In this document: in pieces, positions 24,734 to 36,396 of the stretch
How positions within the stretch are numbered: the first letter of the stretch is position 1
Layout of the letters: every line of letters starts with the position of its first letter
Assembly (NCBI GenBank): GCA_011109175.1
Contig: RDEW01000009.1
Span: forward strand, 764,875-828,874
DNA length: 64,000 nt
From: Dicyema japonicum
Taxonomy: Eukaryota; Animalia; Dicyemida
Direction: 5' to 3'
Translations under genes and position numbers: made by a program
The notes under the pieces: model-generated
Told to the model about the DNA's origin: nothing
What the model saw: the letters and a program-made list of their open reading frames with translations, nothing else
Databases searched by the model: none

Positions 24734-24796
24734 GGCGTCATGTGATCCACTTTTCTAGGTGGCGCCCAGTGCCAGGCCGGCACGAAAAAAGGATCA
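24734..24796 (+). ncRNA. Structured repeat motif, copy 3 (best-paired HDV-like topology candidate)
   Basis: GGCGTC-ATG-TGATCC-ACT-TTTCTA-GGT-GGCGCC-CAG-TGCC-AGGCC-GGCA-CGAAAAAA-GGATCA; P1, P2, P3 and P4 all pair fully. Confidence 0.45.
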
Positions 24797-24969
24797 TTTG
24801 CTCTCCCCACTCCACTGGAGGGGATTCCACAACTGCAACTATGGATGTCTTACCCTTTATGTTGATTCCGGATGGACTCTAGATTTATTAATATTCAGAT
24901 AGTTAATATTTAAGGATTTTTAAATCCAAAAAGTATTACGGATTATAAGCAATCATCACTTCATAACTA

Positions 24970-26052
24970 CAGTAAACCCCCATTAATCCGAACTTCAATA
25001 ACCCGAATTTTTTTGATGAGTCAGCAAAATTTTATTAAGTTTCCACACAAACAGGCTTCAATAAACCGAAACTTCATAATTTGCAATCCGAAAGACATTT
25101 ATTAAAAATTTCAGATTAATTTATTTTATATATATTTTAACTTTTTAATGTTTCATCAGCTATCCTATTATTATTATTTTTATTAAAAAGCACTCCGAGA
25201 AAACATAAAATTAGTAAAGTTTCCTTTGTGCCGTATTTCTAATCACCCTCTCCGTCAGCCTCGACCATAATCCTCTGTTGCGCGCTAGTTCCCTTAGGTA
25301 GTCTAGGTCGTCCGCCATTTCCATTATAATGTTAGATGCTGCCCACACTCTTGTAACACAGTGAATCAGGTCCTGATGGACTGCAATAATGTCGACAGGC
25401 CGATAAGAGGGTAAAAGGTGGAATTTTCTAAACAGTTTCTGAAAATTGTAAGGTCGTTTTTGTCTCTTGTAGACAGCAGACAGAGACGTCGTATTTTGTT
25501 AGATCGCATGGCAGTTGGTTGTTTCTTGTAAAGGTTGTTTAAGTCCTCTGCAATTAAAAGATCCCAGAGTGAACGGAGAAGTCGGTAAGGAATACGAATA
25601 GCTATCCTATTGATGAATTAAAATGTTAAGAACAAGTTTTTTACTATCTTGGATTATATGGAAGCTCTTGATTTGGAAAAAGAATTTTTTGTGAATTTTC
25701 GGAAGGTCATCATTATGGTACAGGGACAATTAAATGTCTTGATTAATTTGTGAATGAAGATATCATGCAAGATTCTGTTTTAAATAAGTACAGAAAGAAC
25801 TGGAAAAACTTGCTAATGAAGGAGAAATAACTCAAACAGAAATGCTCAACCAGAACGAAGTCGTTATTTTTTGTGAAGATTATAATGTCAACGAAAAAAC
25901 TATTAATGCTGAAAATGGAGAGATTATTATATATGAAAACATAAATATTTAATTACAATGAAATTATTATATTTATTCCCCTCACAATCCGACAACCTTC
26001 ACAATCCGAAAGACATTCAAATTTTTTTGTTCGGATTAATGAGGGTTTACTG
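24970..26052. mobile_element. Non-autonomous Tigger/pogo element with 24-bp TIRs, containing a nested LINE APE fragment (about 25250-25600, minus)
   Basis: TA-CAGTAAACCCCCATTAATCCGAAC ... GTTCGGATTAATGAGGGTTTACTG-TA (23/24 TIR match, TA duplication). The nested piece encodes KYDVSVCCLQETK. Confidence 0.85.
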
Positions 26053-26180
26053 TATACTAAAAACTGAATGTTAAATCGCAACAACTAATTTACAGGATAT
26101 TGGATTGCAATAGCTATGAGGAAAAGAGATAATTGTGAAAAGGGATGGCTGAAATTATTAGAAAAATGTGCTATAAATCA

Positions 26181-26373
26181 TGTGGCGCAATGTCATAAGT
26201 GCCGGGCAAAGTCCTGATGGCCCCGGGTTTTAATCTCGTTGCTGTACATTCCGGTGAAGGATCCGCGCATTCATGATACTATGGGTATGACGAGTGACGC
26301 CGTCAACAGTGAATACTTCACTGTTGAACCAGATCGTCTGATTAGGACTTACACCCAAGAAAAAGAAAAAAAG
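26181..26373 (+). mobile_element. tRNA-derived SINE (second head at 39043-39120, minus)
   Basis: A-box-like GTGGCGCAATG; the segment CGGGTTTTAATCTCGTTGCTGTACA..CCGGTGA matches CGGGTTCGATTCTCGCTGCTGTTCACCTGGTGA of the 39043 copy (intact B box). A-rich tail at 26358-26373. Confidence 0.5.
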
Positions 26374-26375
26374 TA

Positions 26376-26574
26376 CAGTAAAACCTCTCGAATCCGCCAA
26401 ATTTGTGACCTGGTAAATTACGGCGGATTCGAGAGACAAATTTAAATTTTTTATTAATTAATAAAATGCATTTTTTTAATTTTAACGAATAATTAAAAAA
26501 TGAAAACATTAATTTCCTTTAAAATAATTAGTATTCTTGGATTCGAGAGACGACGGATTCGAGAGGTTTTATTG
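26376..26574. mobile_element. Tigger-family MITE (199 bp)
   Basis: TIRs CAGTAAAACCTCTCGAATCCGCC / GACGGATTCGAGAGGTTTTATTG. A related left arm lies at 47779. Confidence 0.85.
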
Positions 26575-26994
26575 CAGTTGAAAGACATTCCTTGGTTCCT
26601 TCCTTTCTAAGATTATAACAGTTCTTTGCTCATATAAGGTGTGAGGAGACGAAAAAAATATATTGAAAAATACAAATATGATTAGGAGACGTATTAGTCA
26701 CTGAAGGCATGAACTGCACGTCTCGCGCGAGATTTTTCCACCTCGGATGTGTGAGAATGCTGGGTCCTTTTAAAAATGGGTCTGCGCGTGTTGCATGGAT
26801 GTCAATTCCATTCGGAACTGTCAATTTGTTGAAGTAAACAACTTCTCGTACCCTTTTTGCTACGCTTATCGGAGAATCGGAAAGCTACATGGATTACACA
26901 AATATAATTATATTCATCTGCGCGTGTTGCAGGATCTTTTAAAAATGGTTCTGCGCGTGTTGCGCATCAAAAAATTAAAGGGTAGTGATTAAAT

Positions 26995-27310
26995 GTTATG
27001 TTATGTTGTCCAATTAAGTCGTGTCCAACCCTTGGAGATCTCATGAACGAGTTTCCTCCACTCTCCCCAATCCGTTGCAATTTGGAATAGCCTTGATATA
27101 GGCATTCCCTTGACGTCTTCCACCGTGGATAGCCACCGAGTCCTTGGTCGGCCAGGTCTTCTCTTCCCAGTAATATTGCTCATCATAATGGTTCTTTCCA
27201 GTGAATCAGAGCGGACAACATGCCCAAAGAACGTCAATCTGTGTTTTACGATTCTTCCTTCTAGCGAAATGTCAGTCTCTACCCGTTTGAGTACATCAAT
27301 GAGTGATTAA
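26995..27310 (-). mobile_element. RTE (BovB-like) retrotransposon 3' end
   Basis: FFGHVVRSDSLERTIMM...GKRRPGRPRTRW...WRKLVHEISKGWTRL followed by a short (ACATA)n tail. Confidence 0.85.
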
Positions 27311-27639
27311 ATAACTATTTTTTAAAAAATAATAAAAAATAATATATCAGAATTAATCTTCCCTTCCCTTGAAGAGAAATGAGTTTGACACCCTCTCTCC
27401 TGCAGGAAGAATACAGGCAGATTTACCAGACACATGGCCTTAACGAAGTGGTTAGACAAGCTTTGGACGCTGCCAGACACCACCTCCATGCTCGAACCTG
27501 TCGGTCTTGGCAAACGTGACGGAAAATGACCAGATGAGATAACAATCTTTCTCTTGCGTGCATTTTATAAGCTGATGAAAAAATGCATTAATCAAAAACA
27601 AGGGAAGTATAAGAAAAATAGATTGTTAAAAGGGAAAGG

Positions 27640-29110
27640 TGTCACGGTACTAGAAAATAAGCTCCCATAAACAAATTTCTCAATAAAAATGGATTGTTTA
27701 CCTCGTGGGTTGATGTAAAGAAAGCTTTTGACGATGTGGATGATAATTTTCTAATGGAGGTCCTAGAAAAAATCAGGAATTCATTAATAGATTGTTGTTG
27801 TAATAAGATTTCTTATTTTACAATGGAAAGTGAGACTTAAATAATGAAAATGTTTACGATATTTTTATTGAAGGAGGGGGATAGTCTTTACCCAATCATT
27901 CATCTACTAAGTTTCACTCCTGAATGAGGATCAATCGGTAACCACCTTCATTCTATCGAGGATCTAAAAGTTGTCTCGAATAACGAAGATGTTGTTAAAT
28001 TATGGAAGATGAATTTATTTTTCAATTTATTGAAAAGAAACTGGAAAAATCTTTAATTTCAACTCCTAAACCAAATTCATCTTTTTTTTGTGAGGGCTTT
28101 CGGAACTTATTTTTGATTTAAAGAACCTAAGTTTGGCGAGTTGCAGAAGTGTCGCAATTCATGTCGAATTTTACAAAAAATTCATTTGCCTACAATTGAA
28201 GAATATTTGCTACATAAATATTTCTGTGTCTGAATGTTGAATTTGATATTAAGACACTAAGCCAATAACAATTTATTGAAGAATAAAACCAAATAGTTAA
28301 AGGCTACTGGCTGCTCTCAGGATTGAGAGCGCATTTCCCCTTACGATCTGTAAGGAGATGCGCTCAATGAGAGCCAGCCCTTCTCTCTGACATCCCTCTT
28401 CCTTTAGCGACTAACGATCCAATTTTGTTGAGCAGACACTAAGTGAACTACTACTCGACGTACTCAGATCAAATAAATAAGAAGAGTCTCCACTGTCCTA
28501 TACAAAAATTTGGACGAGGAATAGCAAATGTTATGAACTCTTCTCATTGGCTATCAGGGAAAATAATTTTTTCGTTCCGAAAACCTTATATTGGCTGATT
28601 CAGGACAGAAAATTTGCTATATGCTGAACTTAGTGCAGTCTTTGGGTTCTCCAAGTAATGACTACACTAGATGCGAGAAAAACGCTTCATGGCGACTATA
28701 TTGGCCTAAAGAACAAAAAGAAGCTCAAGACTCACTCTTTACAAACTTTGGTTTTGAATGAGAATGTCGAAATAATAGTGGACACTTTTTTGAAACAAAA
28801 TCAACACAATAAAACAGATCTGTTCGTGTTTGATAAAAACATTTTATTCCTTGTTGAAGTGGGAGTAACGTTATCAGAAAATTTACAACAAATTGGATTG
28901 AGAAAATATGACATTTATCTAAGAATTTAAGTTAACTTACCGTGCTAAGGTATAGGTTGTCCCAATAGTCTTCACTTGGGATGTTCTTGTGACTTTTTCA
29001 AAATATGCGACCTCTGAATATACGCGAGAGGACATATTATATTCATCATTGTTTTCAAAGATCTCGGAAAGTATGGTTTTAAATAAACAAAGAACCAGTT
29101 CTTGGGAACA
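27640..29110 (+). mobile_element. Degenerate R4-like retrotransposon
   Basis: SWVDVKKAFDDVD, GDSLYP, NHL..IEDLK, DLFVFDK..FLVEVGVT...LRKYD, VVPIVFTWD. Many stops and indels. Confidence 0.75.
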
Positions 29111-29769
29111 CAAAGTTCGATTCAAATGTATGATTAAGGACATCTATTACCACCAGACTTGTGTGAAAGTCTTCCCGTTCCCATCGTCTCACTCATATCT
29201 GAAAATGACACAGAAAAAGACAAGCTTTAGTCATGATAGTTTAGTGACCAGTCACGTGAGTTCAATGAGTCTTAATTAAAGAATTAAGATAATTAAATTA
29301 TAAAAAATTTACTAATTACACTCCGACCTCGTTTTGGAGAAACCAAAACTGCGAGGAAAACCTCGATTTTGGGGAGATTTTATCTGATGAAATTTTCTTT
29401 TTGTTCAATCTTGTAAGTAATGCCAAAATTATTAATTTTTAAATTTATTTTAGAAAATTTAGAAGGGGTATGAGCAGGAAGTTAAATCAAAATGAAAAAA
29501 TTAGAATATGCAAAAAATACAGTCAGATTTGTATAAATATTCATATATTTGTGAGAATATGGCATCTTTAAAGGAAGTCTATACCTACTTAAAAGGGAAG
29601 AAATCCCATGTGAAGACTGCTCTACGTTAAATTGGGTAAATAGGCACCAATTAAATAAGAAAGTTGGTGAATTTTTAGTTCTTGAGATTCAATGGTTTCC
29701 CGATCAATGAACCAACATTAAAATTTATTGCTTGTAAAATTGAAAAAAAGCATTCCGATATAAATACTT

Positions 29770-31207
29770 ATTGCATGATGGCTATACTGGAAGGTGATCT
29801 CAACTCCAAGAGCACATCCTTTGGCTGCAAGAAGAGTAACAGGATGGCTAGCTCCTGATGAAGCTATCTAAAGGCCTAGGAGTAAAAGTCCTTACATTGA
29901 AAGAGGATAACGATTTCTCTCCATACAGAGTGACAAGCTTAGTTTCTTTTGATTTCCCCTTCTATTTCAGAATACGCCGATAGCAATTACTCTTCCAGAT
30001 ATTGGCAGTGACCACATTCCATTGCTAATATCCGTGGATATGAAAGTGATTAATGAACTTGGAGTCTTTGTCGGTTACGATACCAAGGATCTAAACTGGA
30101 ATCACTATAGGATGTTTATCTCAAAAGAATTAATGTTATGGCATAACGAGCCCAAGAGTCGTCTGGAAATTCATAAAACAAGTAAATGAGTAACGGATCT
30201 GATATTATACTATCTGGACAACTTTGCTAGAAAAATATAATCAGGAAACGATAATATTGTCACTATTCCATGGCACATCAAGAAAATTGTGTTGAAAAAA
30301 AATAATCTAAAGGCTAAACTGAGGAAATGCGTAGACCCAAAGTACCGCTTAGCCTTGTCTCACAAAATCGGCGAACTACAAAATCAGCTGTCAGAACAAT
30401 TCAAAAGTTGGAATGAGAATAAGTGGAACTTTAAACTACGGATAATAAACAAACATAATCCCTTTTTTTGGAAGGTATACCGAAGATTGAAGATCCCAGA
30501 GTCAATCACAAAGAAGAATATGCAAAAGAAACCGGATGGCAAATACTATGCTGAAGAAAAAATACCTCTAGTTTTTGAGATACAACTTTAAAATACATTT
30601 GTTGTGGACGATGATGTCATCGCGGAGAAGACTTGTTACGAACCATTGTCAGAGAAAACAGCATTTATAGAGATCTCTCTAGAAGAGCTGAAGATAGCAA
30701 TAAGAGCTGTCAAGAATAAAGCTGGCAGTGATTTTATAAAAGCTATGATGTTCAAAAAAGCCCAGAAATTTCATTCCAAGTTCTCAAAAATATGTTCAAC
30801 GCATGCATCAAAATTAGTCATGTTCCACACGAATGGAAGAATACTATTTTACGGATGGTAGCGAAAACAGGGACCGAAGAATGATCCTGCTAACTACCGT
30901 CCGATCAGCCTGATTCGGTAAATTTCAGAAATTATGGAAAAAATTGTCTTCTGGAGGCTTACAAATCAGCTGGAAAAAGAAGACTACTTCAGAAATGATC
31001 AATTTGGTTTTCGCCCAGGACGGTCATGCGGTGATTGCTTATTTCATCTCAACTCCGAGTTATGCAAAGCCAGAGAATCCAAATGTTTCCTGAATGTCAT
31101 ATGTCTCGACATATCAAAATTTGACAGTTTTAACCACAGAGTCATAATCGGTCAGTTATCTCAAACGGGAAGCCCAAAGGAACTATACCATTTTTTAAAA
31201 TTTATTT
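29770..31207 (+). mobile_element. Degenerate Jockey/I-group LINE (APE and RT)
   Basis: ILEGDLNSK..FG (APE), NYRPISL, MEKIV, DQFGFRPGRSC, LDISKFDSFNH (RT). Confidence 0.85.
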
Positions 31208-31354
31208 TGACAATGTGATATTCATTATTGACAATGCGATAAGCAATATTGACATTTTTTGCATCAATTTTAACAATGCGATTTTCAATTTTAACAATTT
31301 TTAAATCTATTTTAACAGTGCAATATACATCTTTGACAATGCAATTAACAATAT
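31208..31354. repeat. Minisatellite, 7 x 21 bp
   Basis: Units such as TGACAATGCGATAAGCAATAT and TAACAATGCGATTTTCAATTT, in exact 21-nt register. Confidence 0.85.
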
Positions 31355-31459
31355 TAATCAACAACTTAATCAATCCCATTTATTTTCCAACATTCCTGTA
31401 AAATGTCGTATTTTCTCCCGCGTTAGATTTGCTATAGAATAGTCCAAAGTATTTTGTAG

Positions 31460-32290
31460 TAATTGAACTCTAAATTAGGTCAGGGTTCCATTTCCTGCTG
31501 CAATAACATCATTATGGGGATTGTTGTGATTAAATAAATACGTATTTATCCCAGCCTTAAGAATGGAAAAACAGCCTTCGCATGGATTAAGTTGAGGAGA
31601 ATATGGTGCATCAAATCTTTGTATAGTATGTTCTACTCGTATACCTTCAAAATTTCCTTGTTTTTTATGGATTGGAGCATTATCCATATAAATAATAAGT
31701 TCCTCTCCAGCTATACTGTCAGATAATGCCGTCATAAAATTGATAAATTTCTATTTTATAGATTTAGTGTGTGATTCAATTCTCACAACTGTTCACCCCT
31801 TTTCTTGCCCTTACTGGAACTATCGCACGTGATCTTATATGGGATCGGCCGAATTTTTTTAATGTAAAGAGATTGAAATTTGCTTTGTCCAAATGTATTT
31901 TTCTATTTGTATTACGTTGATAATCCAATTCAAATATTTTTTTTATATTTTCCAGACTATTCTTGGAAATTGGTTCTCTTCGCAGCATTTTGTAGGTAAT
32001 CAATCGGCCATCCTTAATGTTATCGATGGATTATTCTCAATTTTTTTTTCAATTATCAAATTCATATCATCCTTCTACCTCCACATTTACAAACATACGG
32101 ATTTCCACTTTTTACGATGGCTATAGCTGTTGTCCTCTTGACTCCAAGATCTCGAACAAGGTGTGTATAATCGCCACACTCTCCATCCTTATTTATAAGT
32201 GCTCTTCTCGTAGCTACTGATATTCTTAATTTTTTCTTGACATAAAATTGGTACAAGAACAACGAATCAAGAAATATAAAATAAATCACA
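31460..32290 (-). mobile_element. IS630/Tc1-like (DDE_3) transposase remnant
   Basis: HLDKANFNLF...FGRS, IIYMDNAPIH, APYSPQLNPCEGCFSILK. Frameshifted. Confidence 0.8.
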
Positions 32291-32429
32291 CATCATAGTT
32301 GGAAATTTTATTCACTTGAAGTCAAAATTGATATAAAAATGTCAGAATTGAACTGAAAATGGTATAGTGAATTGTGTTAAAGCGTACCTAGAAGGAAGAA
32401 ACTCCTATGTTAGATGCGGACGCTATTTT

Positions 32430-33240
32430 TCAAATATGATATTATTGAAGAGAGGAGTATCAATAGGATCAATTTTGACCCCTCTATTGTTTAATGTTCT
32501 AATGGCCGGTTTCCCGTCTCCGATTACACCAAATACGAGATCATGATATACGCAGACGACGTGCTACTGTCTGATGTATCGAGATCGAGTATGATCTCAG
32601 AGAGGAGACTCAATGTGTACATGGAAAAGATAAAAGACTGGTGCGGTCTTTATGGTTAAAACTGTCAGAAGAAAAATCTAGTGCAATGAAGTTCTTCGGT
32701 CGAATGGTAAAAAAATCAGAAAAACTCCGTATGCGGAATCAACATTGTGAGCTCCTGAAGTATCTCGGAACAGCTTTTGAGAAATCTGGGAGCACATTGT
32801 GCTATTTTAAACTCAAAAGGAAGAAAGCCCACCATACGATCTTGTGTATGAGGAAATTGATACTCGAAACGGATATCTTTTTATTTGTTTTTTTTCACGT
32901 ACAATCATTCCATCACTCCTCTATGGACTGGAAGGATGGTATTACACTGCATACAAAGAACGTTTTATCTTGCTTCTTAAAAATCGAAAAGAGCAGGGAT
33001 CAAGATTCCCTACACAAAAGGCTCGACGAGAATCTAGATGAAGATAAAAATGTGCTAATAACGTCGATAAGAGATGCATCAGAAAAAAGGATGGAAAACT
33101 TCTAAAAAGAGATGCCATCATTGACTCGTATGTTGCAGCACAGAATAAACAATAAGAGGGGTCTGAGAGCGCAGAGAAGAGTCCAAGCGTTTCCAGGACT
33201 GAAGAATTCAGAGATATCCGGCATGAGGACAACTAACTCC
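32430..33240 (+). mobile_element. LINE RT remnant
   Basis: GVSIGSILTPLLFNVLM, IYADDVLL, LKYLG. Confidence 0.65.
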
Positions 33241-33499
33241 CTCTTTAATTTTCCTTGCTAATAAAGTTGTTAAAGTGTATCAATATTCAAACATCCCCAT
33301 AATATTCTAAAAATACGACTTCTTTAATACCGAAATGTCATCAAAAAATAAGACTTTAAAAATCATTTATTGTATGGAAAACAATTATAATAATCCTGTA
33401 GTTCGAATAGACGAAGCTATAAAATAAATCACAATGTGCAACATCATTTTCAAAAAAAGGCGAGACAAAATTAATTAATCAAAATACGAATTCAAACTC

Positions 33500-33720
33500 A
33501 CCTTCAGATCCGATGTCATCAGACGTTATGTTGATCCAGTTTGGTTCGACATATGTGTGTGAACAACTTTTTTCATTTATGAAATTAACAAAAACTGTTC
33601 AAAGAACAAGATTCACTGATGAAAATTTATCGGCTTTAATAAAAGTCAGGACTACACGAATAGTTGAACCCGACATATCAAAAATTCCACAAAACTTTTG
33701 TGGATTCTTTGGTAATAAAT
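33500..33720 (+). mobile_element. hAT (SPIN/Charlie-type) transposase C-terminal remnant
   Basis: FGSTYVCEQLFSFMKLTKT..RTRFTDENLSALIKV. Confidence 0.8.
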
Positions 33721-34049
33721 TATTGATTTTCAATTAATTAGATTTTTAAAACTCAATATATTGCTTCTTAATCTAGGACCCCAAATAGATTTCTTCCCTA
33801 CGTAATGAATGGCACATCGCATTGTTGTTGATACCAAAAAGGAGGGGAGAACCGAAAAGAGGGATGGTTGATCGAACGGATTTCCAGGAAAATTCTAAGA
33901 GAGTGCGTTCTAATAGGATTAAATATTGAGTAGACTACTCGAGTTGCTAATTGGTAATTAATCTGAAGAATTGCTTTGGTAGTGATAATTATTATCTATC
34001 AAGCTATTCTTAATTATTATAATTAATTTAATTATGAGTAATTTAAATT

Positions 34050-34225
34050 TTTTAAAACAAAAACAATTTATTATGTATCAAGACAATCAAAATAATACAG
34101 TTGATAGGATAGAATGGCTGTTTCATCTGACAACTGCCAGAGAGACCCTTTGGAACAGCCATTCGGTTTCCCGACCCTCATTACTCACTTTCGATATCAT
34201 TGACCCAAGTGCGAATGAATTGATG
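34050..34225 (-). mobile_element. CRE 3' remnant (a shorter relic lies at about 37040-37150)
   Basis: SKVSNEGRETEWLFQRVSLAVVR*NSHSI, followed by a 3' UTR with AATAAA shared with the 6510 and 37040 copies. Confidence 0.75.
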
Positions 34226-34634
34226 GTTGAACTTCTATTTTATTTCTAAAAAGTTGTTCGATTGATTAAAAGAGCATTATTTTCTACCTGTATCTTTGTT
34301 TTATTTAACCATTCGCAAAATATTAGAATTTTAATATCAAGAAACCGTAATCATCTAAATTAAGCTAGTTTTAAGTTAACGCAGGACCCTAAAAACAAAT
34401 TTAAAATTTAAATAAAGACACTTATAGATTATTAGTTGATTAATAAATATCAGAAATCAATAAGAGTCATTGTCTATCTTATCCTTCTTTTTCCCTTTCT
34501 GTCATGGATAAATATATTGTTAAGAACGAAAATAAATTAACTAATTGATAAATGAAAATATTTCAAATAAACCAAATTAAAGAAAATAATCTTATAACCA
34601 AAATAAATTCAATTTAAAAAAACAATCAAATTCA

Positions 34635-36396
34635 TTAGTCCCCATCAAAACTGAGATCATCATTTTCACCCAACAAATATCCCTAAAATAACACCAAAAC
34701 CAACTCCAAAGAATTCTCTGATAATGCTAGCCGACAGAGTTGAAATATTTCGATAGGAAGAAGACTGCAGATCCTCCAAAGTGTCCAAAATCCCCAGTTT
34801 TTCGAAATTGGCGTAAATATCGTCATAAATTCCAACATTCTTGGACGCTTTTAGCAAGGAAAAAACACAATCTAATGTAGTTCCCAGTAGACCTCCGTCT
34901 TGAGACAACAAAAACTCTCCAATTAGTTTTATAAAGTCATCAAAGTTTAAAATTAGCATAATCTGTTCATCAGTCCCATCAGCCAAAATGTTTTTCATCA
35001 CCCAAAGGGCCTCACACTTCACCTTAACTTTATCCTAGGATAATAAAATCAAATCTACAGTTTTTAGCTTTTCAAACGACATTTCTACACAACCAGACTC
35101 TATGGCGAGGGCAATATGTTGTTGACTTCCAGCCACAATATTGGATACCACCCAAACAGCATCCTTGCGAATAGACAGAGTTTGCGAGTTCATGAGAGTC
35201 TTAACTGGTCCAAAGACCCCGTTGTCGATCAATACCTTTCAATAAATAATCAACCTACCTGAGAGAACTTGGTATCATCCAAATAGGATACATTTCCGAT
35301 AATTCTCAGTATCTGTGGAACAAAATCGTTATTTAGGGTCGACAACAAACCACAAATTTGAGGTATGAGATCTATGGTAAGGACAATACTTACCAAATTC
35401 CACTACCATAGCAGAGTACATCTCAGAGGCGTCACAAACGTAGAGGACCGCCCAAAGGGAGTCTGAGACAACATTGGAGTCATTCACGGACAACAGCATA
35501 TTCAAAAATGGGAGACACGCCCTTATTACTTCCGGACGAGGAATCGGCTTCTTGTATCTGCACAGATTGGAGACTGCCCACGCACATATCCTCAACGTTG
35601 AGACCTTCTAATAAAACTACCAAATACCTCCGTCGTTGGCTTAATCAATGCAAACAGGGGTCCAAGAATACCAGAGTCGACACAAAAGTCCCTGAATTGA
35701 GCACAATCGCCTGGAGGTTAATAAGGTAAGCACCAGAAATATTTCCCAGAGCCCAGAGAGCTTGGTTTTTGGTCTGCAAGACATCAGAACCAAGAAGGGA
35801 TATCAGAACGGGTACAGCACCGGATTCAATCACAGCTTTCGTCTGTCGTGTGTCTCCAGACGCCAAATTAGTAAGCACCCAGGCAGCCTCATACTGAAGA
35901 GTTGGACACTCTTGGTGAGTAAGGCATTGAATGATCACTGGAAGAGAATTAGATTCCAAGACAAGGTCGATTGGTGGGCTGTGAACAGTGAGACTCTTTC
36001 GGATTATACCGATGTTCTCTATGAGCATGGTTAGACTGTTTTGATGCAAATTCTCCAAAATCTCTCGCAGATGTTCGATCTTTGATATTACAATTTACNA
36101 TACCGATGTTCTCTATGAGCATGGTTAGACTGTTTTGATGCAAATTCTCCAAAATCTCTCGCAGATGTTCGATCTTTGATATTACAATTTACTTACTGAG
36201 ACTCGGTCGTGGATCTTTGGAATGATTATCTCTTCGTCAGTGAACCGTCGCTTGGAAAACTTGTCTTCCTGCTTACTCCTTCGCAATTCTACAGCCATAT
36301 CAATTCTACGTCTTCTAAGTTCCTACAATCCATAAGATGCGATGAACTTACATTGTTTTTTCCTTCATTTTTGTACTTTTCCTGTCTCTCAGCCAT
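34635..36396 (-). CDS. KPNA: Importin alpha (karyopherin alpha), tiny introns
   Basis: IBB domain MAERQEKYKNEGK...ELRRRRIDMAVELRRSKQEDKFSKRR. ARM repeats LQYEAAWVLTNLASG, NQALWALGNISG, CAWAVSNLCR, KDAVWVVSNIVAG. Last exon uncertain; contains an assembly duplication around the N at 36099. Confidence 0.93.

Noticed and set aside
36006-36192. Perfect 93-bp tandem duplication inside importin alpha
   Set aside because: The two copies are separated by the single N at 36099, which is the signature of an unmerged contig overlap and so an assembly artefact.
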